From Prasinococcaceae sp. CCMP 1430 (taxonomy: Eukaryota > Plantae > Prasinodermophyta): a stretch of 64,000 nt of DNA. The notes under the pieces were generated by a model. The model was not told where the DNA came from and ran no database searches. It worked only from the letters and a program-made list of their open reading frames with translations. The position numbers and the translations under genes were made by a program. Below, piece after piece: positions 22,693-33,888 of the stretch. The stretch's first letter is position 1. Each line of letters starts with the position of its first letter. The stretch lies in contig RQSC01000024.1 of the NCBI GenBank assembly GCA_013416795.1, positions 113,258-177,257 of the forward strand. Direction: 5' to 3'.

Positions 22693-25600
22693 ATGGACGA
22701 GCCGCCCGGTGTCGCGGCCGGGGTGGCGCGGCCGCTCGTCGCGCTGTGCGGCGAGCCAGCTGCGCAGGCGGCGCTTGCGGGTGCGCTGCGGGCGCGGGCA
22801 GGCGCGAGCAGCCTGCGCCTGCCTGAGGTGGAGCTACCGCCGGCGATCGCGGCGAGGGCAAAATCGTCGACGAGGGAGCAGGCGCCCGCACCCGCGACCT
22901 CAGCTGCGCACCCGCTAGACGGCGGCGTGAGCGGCGCGGCAGATAGCGCAACGCAGCAGCAGCAGCAGCAGCAGCAGCAGGTAGAGCGACAGCACTCGCA
23001 CGGCAAGAAGGGCTGTCCCGACGGCATCCTCCCTGCGGGATGGCTGGACAAGCACAACGCCCGCAGGCCGGCGGCTGTCTGCGTGCTCCTCTCCACAGCG
23101 TCAGCGCTTGCCGGTGGGCCGGCGGGCTACCAGGCAGCGCAGGCGGCCATCGATTCGGTCAAGGCATCCAAGCGCGATGGCGTGCGGATGGCCCTGTGTG
23201 CCGTGCGAGACGAGGGGGCCGCAGAGGGCGCGCAGCTCGATCCCAGCGCGGCCGAGATGCTCACAAATCTGCGCCGCCGCGCGGACGTCGACGTGCGGCT
23301 GTGCTTTTCTCTGTCGCTCACCGATGGTGGCGAGTCTGCCGCCTCGGCCGCGGACGTGCTCGCTGGCGCGGCACGCACGCACTACGAGGAGGCTGCGCGG
23401 CGCACGCGCGGCGCGCTTGCGCGCCAGGCGAGCACTTCCGACCGCGCCGTGCGTTACGCGATCAAGACCGCTCACTATGCCGAGTACGCGGGCGACCTCG
23501 CGAGTGCGACCAAGTACTGGGCAGCGGCGTACTCCGCCCTTGAGGGGCAGCGCAGCCGCGGTGGTGCTGGGAGTGCGGGGGGTAGCGGCGGCTCGGGATC
23601 GTCCCAGAAAGCGCAGGTGGTTAATGCGGGCCCAGGAGGAGCTATTCGGCCCTGGTCGAGATGGCGCGAGGAGCGCGAGGTGGCTGCATACATAAACGAG
23701 AGGCTGTGCGCGCTCCGGCTACGGCTAGGGGGCTCCTCGCATGAAGGGCAACCCACAAGCGGCGCGGCTGCGGGCGCAGGCACCAATGGCGCGAGTGGTG
23801 GCGTAGGCGTCGAAGAGGCAGTAGCGCAGTTCCGCAGGCATGTCCACACGTTCAGGGAACATCCTGCGGTTGGGGAGGCCGAGGTGCCGCTCGCGTTGCG
23901 CAGCGAGCAGTGGGGATGGCTGAGCGCACAATTCAAGGCCTTCGGCGAGACCCTGCAGGAGCTCAGCCCCGATGGGAACGATGCGCTAGCGCCAGGGGCA
24001 GACCGCGCGCTCTGCCCTGCCACTTTCTTTGCGTCCGCTGCTCGTTACGCTGTGCGGCGACGGAAAGCAGTCGACGAGCTGCGCGCTGAAGGTGGCGCTC
24101 GTTGCGGCGCGATCGCGTCTGCGGCCGCGAGTGGCAACCTGAGCCCGCCTCGCTTCGAGGGGCAGCCCCCCCGACTCGTGGGCCGTGGTGTGACGCTTGC
24201 CGAGCAGGTTCCCACAGATGTGGAGCTTGTTGCACATGTTGGCACTGAGGAGCTGGCGACGGACCGCTGCATGCCGGCGATGGAGCTCATCGCTCGCGCG
24301 AGAGAGCAGCACAGACGCCTCAATAGCGCGCGCGGCGAGTGCGTGCTGGCGGCCATGGCAGCGCAGGAGGCGGCGAGGGCTACTGGCAGCAATCCATCCG
24401 ACGTCGACGCGTCCTTTGAAGCTTTGATTGCTGCGCATCGCTCGGGCACTGGATCGAGGGCGGGCGTGGGCGCGAGCAAACCAGCTGGAGTCTGGCCATC
24501 GCTGCTCGCGGACGCCCTGGGCCACTGCAGGAAGAATTCGGGTGGTCCCGCAGCTGCTGCTCGCGAGTGCCTCGAGCTGGCCGCCATGCCCGCAAGTGCT
24601 GCCATGTGTGCCGCCGCACGGGAGGCTGCAATGCAGCGCGCTGCCGAGGCGCTGGCTGGCGCGACTGTCGCCGACCCGATTGTGCTCGACACAGCAGCCA
24701 TGCCGGAGCTTGACGGCGTCATCACTTGCTTCGGCGGTTTTGCACCCATGTCACCACCTCCTGCACCGACGGCGTTCAAAATTGGGCTTGCTCTGCGGGC
24801 GGCGGCGACGCTCCCTGCGCCCCTTTCACCCGCAAGCATCTCCGCCATGCTGAGTGACGGCCGCGAGGTGGCCTTGCCGACGATGGTGCCTCTGCGACCG
24901 GGCGAGTGGGCAGTGCTCGAGGCTGCTGTGCCTCTAGCTCCACCCGGCGCGGACACGAAGTTGTTCGCCAGGGAGGCACTGCGAGTTGACGCTGTACTGC
25001 TGCGCTTCGGTGCTGGGTCGGGTGTGCTGTGCACGCGCGTGCAGCTCCATGGGCTCGCAAGCGGGGCTCGTGTGTCCGCGGGCTCGGCGCCCGGCGGTGC
25101 CGGAACTGCTGTTGCCGCAGGGGTGTCGCTCGCTGCGCAGAGGACGCGTCCGCCTGAATTCTCCTTCGGTCTGCCGGCGGCCAGCGCCTCGTCCGAGCTC
25201 GCTGCTGGTAGTGGTGTTGGCATGGCCACGGGCGTTGGGGAGCATGCCCTGTCGGTCACTCCTTCGGGCATCGGGCTCGTCGGCGGAAGGTGTTCCGTGC
25301 GCATCGCTGTGAGTGGCGCAGAAGCGCCGCCCGGCGCCACTGTGCGGCTGTCCGTCGCAATGGACCACGGAGGCGCTGGCGCCGCAGGCGAAGTGGATGC
25401 CCCTGCTCCACGCTTGGAGGTACGCGGTGTCGACAGCTGGCGAGTGGTCACGGCAAACGAGACGCTGACGCTTGCCTCGGGCGAGGCTCTGGTTGTGCTG
25501 GCGCCCTCGCATGCTGGCTTGGCGACGCTGAGCGCTACTCTGCTCTCGCCAGGCGGCGATGACCTGGCCTACGCCGAGGCGGTCGTGCCATGCGTGGAGG

Positions 25601-26328
25601 CACTCGCGGCCAGTGTGGCGCTCGTGGGCATGCCCGACAGCGTTGCGCTAGGAGCCAAGTCGCCCCCGTCTTCGGTGGCAATAGGACAGACAGCCAATCT
25701 CCTAGCGACACTCACAGTTCCGCACTCCGAGGCTTTGCTTGTGCGCTCGCTGGCGGTTGAGGCCGCGAGCGGCTGGGAGATGCTCGGGCACTCGGCGGCG
25801 CAAGCCAATGGGGGCGACGTTCTTCGGCCCGACGAGGAGCGAACCGAGCTGCTACAGGTGCGCGCCGTCAGCGCGCTATCGTCCACAAGCGTTGGCACTC
25901 TGGTCGTGCGTTGGGAGAGGGTCGGTGCCGATGCGGGCGAAGCTGCGGGCGGTTGTGCAAGTGGGGTCTCGAGGCTGAGCCTGCCCGCAGTTGCGGCGGC
26001 CCAGGCGCCGCTCGCGCTCGCGCTGCGCTCGCCGCCGTGGGCGCGCGCGGGCGAGCCCTTCGAGGTGCACGTGTGCGTCTCAAACGCCACTCCGCAGATG
26101 CGCGAGTGCGAGGTGGTGGTGACAGACGCGGCGGGCGTGCTCTTCAGCGGCGAGCGCAAGGGCACGCTCGCGGTGCTACCGCGCTCGCACAAGACCACCA
26201 CGTACACGCTGGTGGCGACCGCCACGGGCGAGGTGGAGCTGCCAGTCGTCGCAATATCATGCAAGGCGCTCAACGCGGAGGCGAGGCACAGTCGCAGGCT
26301 CCACGTCTTGCCCGCCGAGCTGGTCTGA
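22693..26328 (+). CDS. TRAPPC11: TRAPP complex subunit 11 (foie gras/gryzun-like)
   Basis: PLVALCG start, GILPAGWLDKH...PAAVCV, VRYAIKTAHYAEY, VAQFRRHVHTF, WLSAQFKAFGE, and a C-terminal beta domain (VLFSGERKGTLAVLP). Confidence 0.85.
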   Translation: MDEPPGVAAGVARPLVALCGEPAAQAALAGALRARAGASSLRLPEVELPPAIAARAKSSTREQAPAPATSAAHPLDGGVSGAADSATQQQQQQQQQVERQHSHGKKGCPDGILPAGWLDKHNARRPAAVCVLLSTASALAGGPAGYQAAQAAIDSVKASKRDGVRMALCAVRDEGAAEGAQLDPSAAEMLTNLRRRADVDVRLCFSLSLTDGGESAASAADVLAGAARTHYEEAARRTRGALARQASTSDRAVRYAIKTAHYAEYAGDLASATKYWAAAYSALEGQRSRGGAGSAGGSGGSGSSQKAQVVNAGPGGAIRPWSRWREEREVAAYINERLCALRLRLGGSSHEGQPTSGAAAGAGTNGASGGVGVEEAVAQFRRHVHTFREHPAVGEAEVPLALRSEQWGWLSAQFKAFGETLQELSPDGNDALAPGADRALCPATFFASAARYAVRRRKAVDELRAEGGARCGAIASAAASGNLSPPRFEGQPPRLVGRGVTLAEQVPTDVELVAHVGTEELATDRCMPAMELIARAREQHRRLNSARGECVLAAMAAQEAARATGSNPSDVDASFEALIAAHRSGTGSRAGVGASKPAGVWPSLLADALGHCRKNSGGPAAAARECLELAAMPASAAMCAAAREAAMQRAAEALAGATVADPIVLDTAAMPELDGVITCFGGFAPMSPPPAPTAFKIGLALRAAATLPAPLSPASISAMLSDGREVALPTMVPLRPGEWAVLEAAVPLAPPGADTKLFAREALRVDAVLLRFGAGSGVLCTRVQLHGLASGARVSAGSAPGGAGTAVAAGVSLAAQRTRPPEFSFGLPAASASSELAAGSGVGMATGVGEHALSVTPSGIGLVGGRCSVRIAVSGAEAPPGATVRLSVAMDHGGAGAAGEVDAPAPRLEVRGVDSWRVVTANETLTLASGEALVVLAPSHAGLATLSATLLSPGGDDLAYAEAVVPCVEALAASVALVGMPDSVALGAKSPPSSVAIGQTANLLATLTVPHSEALLVRSLAVEAASGWEMLGHSAAQANGGDVLRPDEERTELLQVRAVSALSSTSVGTLVVRWERVGADAGEAAGGCASGVSRLSLPAVAAAQAPLALALRSPPWARAGEPFEVHVCVSNATPQMRECEVVVTDAAGVLFSGERKGTLAVLPRSHKTTTYTLVATATGEVELPVVAISCKALNAEARHSRRLHVLPAELV

Positions 26329-26596
26329 GCGCGCGGCGCTGCCCACCAACCCCCTTGCGCCCCGGGCGGCGCCTCATGAAACCTTACGTTCCGTCCAGCA
26401 GATGCTGCCACATGAGCGCGCGCGCGCTCGCGAAACGGCGCTGCCCGCACAAGCGTGGGGATTCGCCCGAGGTCAAAACGCATGCGAGTGTCGCGCGCGG
26501 CAACTACCAGCGCGCGCCGCGTAGCTGCCGCCACTCGGTGCGCAGCCGGGAGTTGGGGTTTGTGGGGGGGAAGGGCCAGCCTCGGGAGCCGCAGCG

Positions 26597-28393
26597 ATGC
26601 GACGCCTCGCACGAGAAGGCCTGTGCGGGCTGCGTGCGGGTGCACGCGGAATTGCCGCCGCCGCCGCCGCCGCCCCCGCCGCTGGCGCGCAGGCGGCAGC
26701 CATCAGCGCCCCTGCCTCAGCTCCTCCGCAGCTGAGGATGAGTGTGGGCGTGGCGCCCTCCACGGCGATGCTCTCCAGCGCGGCGAGAAGGGAGCGCAGC
26801 GGCGACGGGTGTGGCGACAGTGGCGACCTCTTCTTGGTAGATGGTAGTTCTAACGGAGGCAACAGTGGCATTAGCAGCGCCGGCACAAGCACCGCCGCTG
26901 CCAGCAGCAGCGGTCAGGCGTCTTTTGGACTCGGTCGCATGGAGGCCTGGCCGAGTGGCTCGTCGAGAGCACCGCTTGCAGAGGCGCACGTGCCCCCGGC
27001 AAGCTGGTACACATCGGGCCAGGCGCACGCCGCCGAGTTGCGAGCTGTGTTCGCGGCGAGCTGGCAGCTGGCATGCCGCGCGTCGGCGCTTCGCAATCCG
27101 GGAACGTACGCGGCGGGGACCGCCGCGGACGGCACACGCTTCGTTGTCACGCGAACGGAGGACGGCGTGTTGCACGCATTCCACAACGCCTGCCGTCACA
27201 GGGGCGCGCCTGTGGCGCCGGAGGGCACCTGCGGCGTCGCTGAGCGCCTCGTTTGCCCATACCACGGTTGGGAGTACGACCTCGATGGCAGGCTCGCACG
27301 CGCGACGCGCCTCAGTGGCATTCGCGGGTTCTCAGCGAGCGATTACGGGCTGGTGCGTGTACCTAGTGCTGTGTACGGTGGTTTCGTCTTTGTGCACACC
27401 GGAGGAGCCCTGATAGGCAGCAGCTCCCAGGCAGTCGAAGGAAAAGAGGGGCAGAGCGCTGACGCTCAGGCTTGCGGCAGAGGCGCCACAGCGCCTGAAT
27501 TACCGCCGCCAACCGAGTGGTTTGGAAGCGCCGCTTCTGCGCTCATTTCCTCCGAGCGTGCAGCGACCGTGCCCTCGTACTGGACTGTGCTCGGACGAGA
27601 AGAGGCTGCCGACGCAGCACAAGATTTGATAGGGGGAGAGGATCACACTGATGGTCAAGGACGCGGTACCAGCGAGCGCGCCGTACGAAGGGTATGCCGC
27701 AGCCTGGGCGGCGATCTCGTGCACGTGGGAGCCAGCAGGGAGCAGCTGAATTGCAATTGGAAGGTCTTCGTCGAAAACTATCTCGATTCGGGCTACCACT
27801 TGAGGCACGCGCATCCCTCGCTTGCCGATGCGCTCGACCTGGGCACATATGTGTGCGCTATAAGCGCATGCGGGCGCAGCAGCGTGCAGAGAGTGCGCGC
27901 TGTCGCCGCCGTTGACCCGCGCGTGAGCTTGCACATGGGCACCGTCGCCGGCGGGGCCCGTGAGGACCGGAGCGACGGTGCTGGCAGTGACACCGGCGAT
28001 GCCGAAGGCGTGGTCGAAACTCGGGGGGCGACGCCGAAAGACAATGAAGTGACCTACGCGTTTTTTTACCCCAATTTGCTGGTCAGGTGGCACCTGAGCG
28101 GTGTGATGGAGGTCAACCTCGTCAGCCCCTTGACCCCCGAGAGCTGCTGTGTTCTCATTGACTGGTACGCCGAACCATCGCTGGCGAGCGACGCCGATGC
28201 GGTGAGCGGACTCATCGAAGCGTCGCATCGCGTTCAGGAGGAAAACGCAGCGCTCTGCGCGGGCGTGCAGCGCGGCTTGCGTTCGCCGGCGTGGCCACTC
28301 GGCCGCTACGCGCCGGCCGTCGAGGCTCCCGCCCACGCGTTCCATCTCGCGCTGCACGCGCAGCTGCGAGCCGCCGGGGCCGTCGACGCATGA
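26597..28393 (+). CDS. Rieske non-heme iron oxygenase, choline monooxygenase-like
   Basis: Rieske motifs FHNACRHRG and CPYHGWEYDLDG; catalytic NWKVFVENYLDSGYH...H; QEENAALCAGVQRGL. Confidence 0.85.
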   Translation: MRRLAREGLCGLRAGARGIAAAAAAAPAAGAQAAAISAPASAPPQLRMSVGVAPSTAMLSSAARRERSGDGCGDSGDLFLVDGSSNGGNSGISSAGTSTAAASSSGQASFGLGRMEAWPSGSSRAPLAEAHVPPASWYTSGQAHAAELRAVFAASWQLACRASALRNPGTYAAGTAADGTRFVVTRTEDGVLHAFHNACRHRGAPVAPEGTCGVAERLVCPYHGWEYDLDGRLARATRLSGIRGFSASDYGLVRVPSAVYGGFVFVHTGGALIGSSSQAVEGKEGQSADAQACGRGATAPELPPPTEWFGSAASALISSERAATVPSYWTVLGREEAADAAQDLIGGEDHTDGQGRGTSERAVRRVCRSLGGDLVHVGASREQLNCNWKVFVENYLDSGYHLRHAHPSLADALDLGTYVCAISACGRSSVQRVRAVAAVDPRVSLHMGTVAGGAREDRSDGAGSDTGDAEGVVETRGATPKDNEVTYAFFYPNLLVRWHLSGVMEVNLVSPLTPESCCVLIDWYAEPSLASDADAVSGLIEASHRVQEENAALCAGVQRGLRSPAWPLGRYAPAVEAPAHAFHLALHAQLRAAGAVDA

Positions 28394-28435
28394 TGAATGC
28401 GAGTAACACGTACACTATGATACAAGCGAATTTTA

Positions 28436-30053
28436 TCAAAGCACGTTGCTGACTTTGCCGACGCCGTGGCTGTCAGCGCGATCATCGTCGCAGCAAACGT
28501 CGCCGCCGGCGCACCGCAACCGCGCATTCCGCTCTCTGCGCTCTGTTAGCGCCACTCGTGCGCCATACGGGAGCGCGAGTGCCGCGATTGCGCCCATGAG
28601 CGCGTTCGGGTGTCCAAAGCCTCGTGCGAGGCCCCAGTCGAGCAACGGATAGATCGACAGCGCGCACAGGCTACTGACGAGCAGCGCGAGCCCCGCCAGC
28701 GTGCCGTAGTACTCAAATCCCACGCGCGAGTTCAGGTGCGCAAAGAATGTCGCATATATTGATAGGCGACCTGTGCAATAAATGATGAAGCCAAGGACCT
28801 GCGGCGAGGGCACACACGCGCGAGAGGTGCGTCCATGGCAGCTGTTAGCGTTGCGAAGGCGCGGGCATCGAGCCACGCCGCATGCACGCGCGCGCTTATG
28901 AATGCGCCGCCACGCGCACCTGCACGACGGTGCGGTCACTGCTCAGGCACAGGAAGGACGCAGCAACCAGGGACGTGTTGGCCAGAAGCACGGGCCCGAA
29001 GCCCAGTCGGTCGCACATCCACCCACTGATACCGGCGGTCGGGCAGACGAGAAAGTAGCAAAGAGAGTACCAGCGCGTGAGCCTCTGACCACGACTCATG
29101 TTGCCACCACCATCTATGCTGTCGTCCGACTCGTCGTCACTCTCAGCATCGAAGACGGCCTCGAGTTGCGGCCCGACGCTCACGACGTAATACTGAATGG
29201 CGACAACGACAGCGCTAAACCACAGCGTCAGATAGATGTACTCGCGCGAGCAGAGCTGTGCACGGAAAGGCAGACCCTCGAGCGGCGGCGGCGGCAGTGG
29301 AGGCGGCAGCGACGGCGATCGAGAGGATGGCGGCGTGGTTGCCTTTGGCGCTGGCGCGGCGCCGCCTGCAGGGCCGTCGAGCTCCTTTTCCGTGAGAACC
29401 TCGGCAAAGTCGATCCCTGCCGGCAGTAGCACTGCGGCCACGAGCGCTACTGCCGCAGCCACAGATGCATACGCGCCCAACAGCGCCCTGCGGTAGTGCG
29501 CAGATTCGCGACCGTCTGCGATTGCACCCAGGAGCAGCAATACGCCGCCGCTCGCCTGAAACGCCACGGACAATAGCCCGGTCACGAGCGAGCGGTTGTA
29601 GGGGAACAATTTCGCTACTGGCTGTACCGCCAGCTGGAGCGAGGAGCCCATGCCGACCAGGCCGAAGCCAACTGCGACTGCGACGGCATCGGAGGGTCCA
29701 GCGAGTGCGAGCGCGAGTGCCCCCACTGCCGCCGCCGCCGCGCTCGCCGCAGCCGCCACACGCGTGCCCGTCGCGTCGCGCAGGACGCCGCCGAGGAAGC
29801 GCCCGCCCTGCACCGTCCACGCGCCCACGGTGAACGCCACGCCCAGCGCGAGGTCTTGTGCGCCGCACACGCCGCTGCCCTGCGCCGTCGCCTCGGCGTC
29901 GCAGCGGTCGGCGAGCACGCCCTCCCGCACCAGCATGAGGCGAAGACTCGGCCAGCCGTAGACGACGCCGGAGACGAGCGTCACCGCCGCCAGCGCGTAC
30001 ACCAGCGCCCCGACGCGGCCGGCGCGCACCACCGCGCGAGAGGAGGGCGGCAT
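28436..30053 (-). CDS. MFS transporter, SLC43/LAT3-like; intron 28919-28799
   Basis: TLVSGVVYGWPSL and multiple TM helices; FFAHLNSRVGFEYYGTLAG. Confidence 0.75.
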
Positions 30054-30083
30054 CGTCGACCGCAGCCGCGCCGGCTCCCTCCG

Positions 30084-30388
30084 TCAGAGGCGCGCCTGAG
30101 GTCGGGACGGCGCCCCGTCCTCGAGCGCCCGCTCCGCCGCCGCGTCCGCGAGCGCGTGCAGCCTGTCGCGCAACCACGGCCCGGTCTCGGCGAGCTTGGC
30201 GGGCGGTCCGAGGAAGGCGCAGAGCACCAGGCGCACTTGGGGCCCGCGCGCCGCGCGCGCGAGCTCCTCGCCGCTGAGGGGCGCGCCGCTGGCGGGTTCG
30301 AACAGGATGGCCTCGAGCGAGGTGCCGCGCGGCGGCTGCGCCTGGACGAGGCACGGGAGCCACGCGCCCGTGGCGGCGGCGCGCAGCG
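30084..30388 (-). CDS. 3' fragment of an unidentified gene emerging from the gap
   Basis: Coding-like stretch AWLPCLVQAQPPRGTSLEAILFEP; reading frame ambiguous. Confidence 0.3.
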
Positions 30389-30653
30389 NNNNNNNNNNNN
30401 NNNNNNNNNNNNNNNNNNNNNNNNNNNNNNNNNNNNNNNNNNNNNNNNNNNNNNNNNNNNNNNNNNNNNNNNNNNNNNNNNNNNNNNNNNNNNNNNNNNN
30501 NNNNNNNNNNNNNNNNNNNNNNNNNNNNNNNNNNNNNNNNNNNCGCCCGCCCGCCCGCGCTCCCTCCCGGGCCGCTCGCGCGAGCGGGGCGCCGGCCGCG
30601 CGCCCCTTGGGGCGGGTGGGGTGGGGTTAGTGGGGGGCGCGCCTCTCCGCGCA

Positions 30654-30683
30654 TTAGGGTTTAGGTTTTAGGGTTAGGGTTTA
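30654..30683 (+). repeat. Interstitial telomere-like repeat TTAGGGTTTAGGTTTTAGGGTTAGGGTTTA
   Basis: Four degenerate TT(T)AGG(G) units. Confidence 0.75.
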
Positions 30684-31191
30684 CGCGGTGTGTGTGTGTG
30701 GCAAGCGCGTGCCCGCGATGGCTGAGAAACGATCCGGTTTCGTCGCGCGCTCGCCAACAACCAATCCATCCATCCATCCATCCATCCATCCATCGAAGTT
30801 TTCATCCGCAGAACCCACCCAAGCGAGCGAAGTGCGGAAGTGGTGAAATCGGAGCTCGCCTCGCCTCCCTGCGAATGCCTGTTGGCGCGGGCGTGCGGGC
30901 GCGCGCGTGCGGGGCGGTGCGGCGGGTACCGAGGGCAGGGGGGGGGGAGGAGGGGGGCGGGCGGGAGGGGAGCGTCGAGGAGGAGGAGGCGGCGATCGCG
31001 ACGATCGCCGCCCTCCCTCGCACCCTCCCCCGCCTGCCCCTCCCTCGCGTCGCTGCCCGGCCCCCTACACCCCCCCGCCGCGCCGCGCTCTCGCCGCGCC
31101 NNNNNNNNNNNNNNNNNNNNNNNNGTCTTTCACGCAATGGCCGGGCGTGGCGTGTGCGCGGCGGGGAACGATCGCGCGAGGGGCGGCGGCC

Positions 31192-32001
31192 ATGTTCCGC
31201 GCGTGCTCGAGCGCCAGCGCCGCCGAGCCTGCGCCCGAGTCGCCGGTGGGCGAGTCCGAGCTCGCGTGGGCGGAGCTCGCCGAGGCGTTCGCGTGCGCGT
31301 CGGTCGAGAGCGGGGTCGCGCGCACGGGCGCAGGCTGCACGGTCGCCGAGATCGCCTTCGGTCCGTGGCCGCATCGCGCGGAATCGCCCGACGTCGACGA
31401 CGAGAGCCAGGCGGTGGACGCGGGCGGCTACGGAGACGCCTCGACCACCACGGAGGACTTCACGAGGCGGAAGAGAGCGCTGAAGGCGTTCGCGGCCACC
31501 ACTGGCCGGCGGCCCCCGAGTGCCTTCGACCTCGGCGCGCTCGCGTATGAGCACCCGTCTGCCGCCGAGGTCGACACGGTCAGCGAGAGCCTCAAAGGCG
31601 GGAAGGCGCACAGAAAAGGGCGGGGCAAGCGCGCGTCAGAGGAGGGCGAGGGGCCTCACAGCAGGCTCGTGGAGGCGGCCGTCGCCGCGTGGCAGAACCA
31701 CGAGCGCCTCGCCGACATGCGGGCGCGCGAGGCTGGCGAGGAGGCGCCCGCCTTGCACTTGCGCACACATGAGCCCGTCGCCATTCCGCGCGGCGCGGAG
31801 GTCGTGCCACTGCTGAAGAGGGTCGGCAAGTGTCCGCTCGACTCGTTCGAGGTTGAGGACATGCAGCTTGTGGACGAAGTCTTCGGCGAGAACGGCGGCA
31901 TCGTGATTGGCTCCGAAGGCCACGGCGTCTCGGGCGCAGTGCTGGCGACCGAGGCGGGTGGATCCTTCCGCACGATGGTGCTGGTCGAGAACGTGCGCTA
32001 G
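31192..32001 (+). CDS. Hypothetical protein (269 aa)
   Basis: ATG-to-TAG ORF with protein-like composition and GC-rich third positions; no family recognised. Confidence 0.55.
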   Translation: MFRACSSASAAEPAPESPVGESELAWAELAEAFACASVESGVARTGAGCTVAEIAFGPWPHRAESPDVDDESQAVDAGGYGDASTTTEDFTRRKRALKAFAATTGRRPPSAFDLGALAYEHPSAAEVDTVSESLKGGKAHRKGRGKRASEEGEGPHSRLVEAAVAAWQNHERLADMRAREAGEEAPALHLRTHEPVAIPRGAEVVPLLKRVGKCPLDSFEVEDMQLVDEVFGENGGIVIGSEGHGVSGAVLATEAGGSFRTMVLVENVR

Positions 32002-32404
32002 AGCGTGTCTGGGAAGAAGACCGGACTGTGTACCATACAAACCAAGAAACTCCCGACGAGCGGCACGCCTTGCCCCCCACGAGCAGGTGTCGCGCCGCTC
32101 ACAGCACTTCGAAAAGTGTGTGCTAGAAGTCTGCTTCCACTAGGGACGCGAACGCTCAGTAGCTAGCCACTCTACTATATGCAATTGTCAGTTTTCACAG
32201 CTCTGGAGAGTACCAGGTACTCGCGCACCCCTCAAACTCGCGCTGCCTCCCAATCCCACGAGTGCGAGCGCGGCGCGAGGGCGGGGGTAACGACGCTGTC
32301 GTGTAGGATACGATGTATCCGTTACGCCTCTTGCCGAGTGCGCGCGATGCTGTTACTGGGACAAAAATGGAGCGCGCGGCATAGAGGGGACGCGACGCAG
32401 GGGC

Positions 32405-33397
32405 CTAGCTCACGACGTTGATGGGTTCGCCGGCCAGGAAGGCCTCGACATTCTCCGCCACGAGATCCACCAGCCTCTGCCGCGTCTCGGCGCGCTGCCA
32501 TCCGATGTGCGGCGTCATGACCAGCTTGCCCTCGTCCACCAGCCTGAACAACGGCGAGTCGTGCGCGGGCGGCTCTCGCTCCTGCACATCGATCCCCGCG
32601 CCTGCGATGACGCCGTCGTCGAGCGCCTTGCAGAGCGCGGCCTCGTCGATGATAGCGCCACGCGCAGTGTTCACGAGGTAGGCGCTGCGCTTCATGCGTG
32701 CGAGCTGCTCTGCGCCGATGCTGCCGCGCGTCTGCGCGTTGAGCGGACAGTGCACTGACACGAAGTCTGACCGCGCGAGCAAGCCGTCGAGCGTGTCGAT
32801 CTCGCACCCCTCGATTGGCTCCCTCGAACGCGAGGAGACGATCACTTTCATGTCGAAGGCGCTGGCCATCTTTGCCACGCACGAGCCGATGGCACCACGA
32901 CCTCCGATGAGGCCGAGCGTCTTGCCCGCGAGCTCGAAGTGCGGCAGCGCGCCCAACTTCTCCCAGCCAGCCTTGTCGCCCCGCTCCAGCTTCTGCTGCT
33001 GTTGCGTCAAGGAGCAGCTCAAGCTCAGCACAAAGGTCATGACCATCGTGGCCACCGCGTCGGAGGAGTAGGCAGGGCAGCTGCACACGGTGATGCCGCG
33101 CTGCCTGGCGGCCTCAATGTCGATGTTGTTGTAGCCAGTGCCGGCCTCGACGATCAGTTTCACAGACTCTGGCAAGGCCTCAATGACGTCCGCACCGCAC
33201 TCCATCTCCTTGGTGACGACGATGGTGGCGGCGCAGTCGGATGCCTTCCACGCGGTCTCCGCAGCGCCGGAAGTGCCCTTGTACCACGCGACACCGCCTC
33301 CGACTGCTGCCCTCAGGCGGCCCAGGTCGATCGTTCCATCAAAATCCAGCTTCCCCGCGTTGAGCACGCACGCGCACTCTCGCTGGCGCTTCGCCAT
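32405..33397 (-). CDS. D-isomer-specific 2-hydroxyacid dehydrogenase (glycerate dehydrogenase/HprA-like)
   Basis: AGTGYNNID, GLIGGRGAIG, HCPLN, LVNTARG, DVQERE, MTPHIGW. Confidence 0.92.
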   Translation of the reverse strand: MAKRQRECACVLNAGKLDFDGTIDLGRLRAAVGGGVAWYKGTSGAAETAWKASDCAATIVVTKEMECGADVIEALPESVKLIVEAGTGYNNIDIEAARQRGITVCSCPAYSSDAVATMVMTFVLSLSCSLTQQQQKLERGDKAGWEKLGALPHFELAGKTLGLIGGRGAIGSCVAKMASAFDMKVIVSSRSREPIEGCEIDTLDGLLARSDFVSVHCPLNAQTRGSIGAEQLARMKRSAYLVNTARGAIIDEAALCKALDDGVIAGAGIDVQEREPPAHDSPLFRLVDEGKLVMTPHIGWQRAETRQRLVDLVAENVEAFLAGEPINVVS

Positions 33398-33873
33398 CGC
33401 CGCGGCGGGGACCCGGCCGACGAAGAGCCAGGGGGCGCCGCGCCGCCGCCACCGACACGCGCGCTTGAGTGCCGCCCGCGCTCCCCCGGCAACCCGCACG
33501 CGCCAACGCGCGCGGCGCGCGCGCTGTGGCCCTCCCCCCGCCCTCGCACGCACCCACCCACCCACCCACCCACCCGCACGCGCACTCGCGCACGCTCCGC
33601 TACACCCCCGGCGCACGGCCGCGCAGACTTTTTCCCGACGCGCGCTTTCGCGCGCGCGCTCACCCTCAGCGTATTACAATCAGACATCAAAACAGGCGGC
33701 GTGCGCGCTTTCGTCCGGCGCAGAACCGCGCGCCCCGCCCCGCGCGCGCGCGCGCGCGCGCCCTCCAAAAAACAAAAAATGCCATCAAAATGCACGCGAA
33801 ACCGAAAAGAGACGTTGGGGGCTGGGCGCTGGCCCGGGTTGGTTCGGTTCCCCCACGGCAACTTGTTCCCACC

Positions 33874-33888
33874 TACCATCGGATGGTA
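33874..33888. promoter_or_regulatory. Palindrome TACCATCGGATGGTA in divergent intergenic region
   Basis: Third copy of the motif. Confidence 0.5.

Noticed and set aside
26597-30053. Choline monooxygenase-like gene + MFS transporter as an osmolyte gene cluster
   Set aside because: Convergent adjacency only; substrates unknown and no pathway partner (BADH) in the window.
30763-30795. (ATCC)n, plus (CAG)n at about 22955, (TTG)n at about 19590 and (GC)n intron tracts
   Set aside because: Ordinary microsatellites; introns share composition but not alignable sequence, so no introner family is supported.
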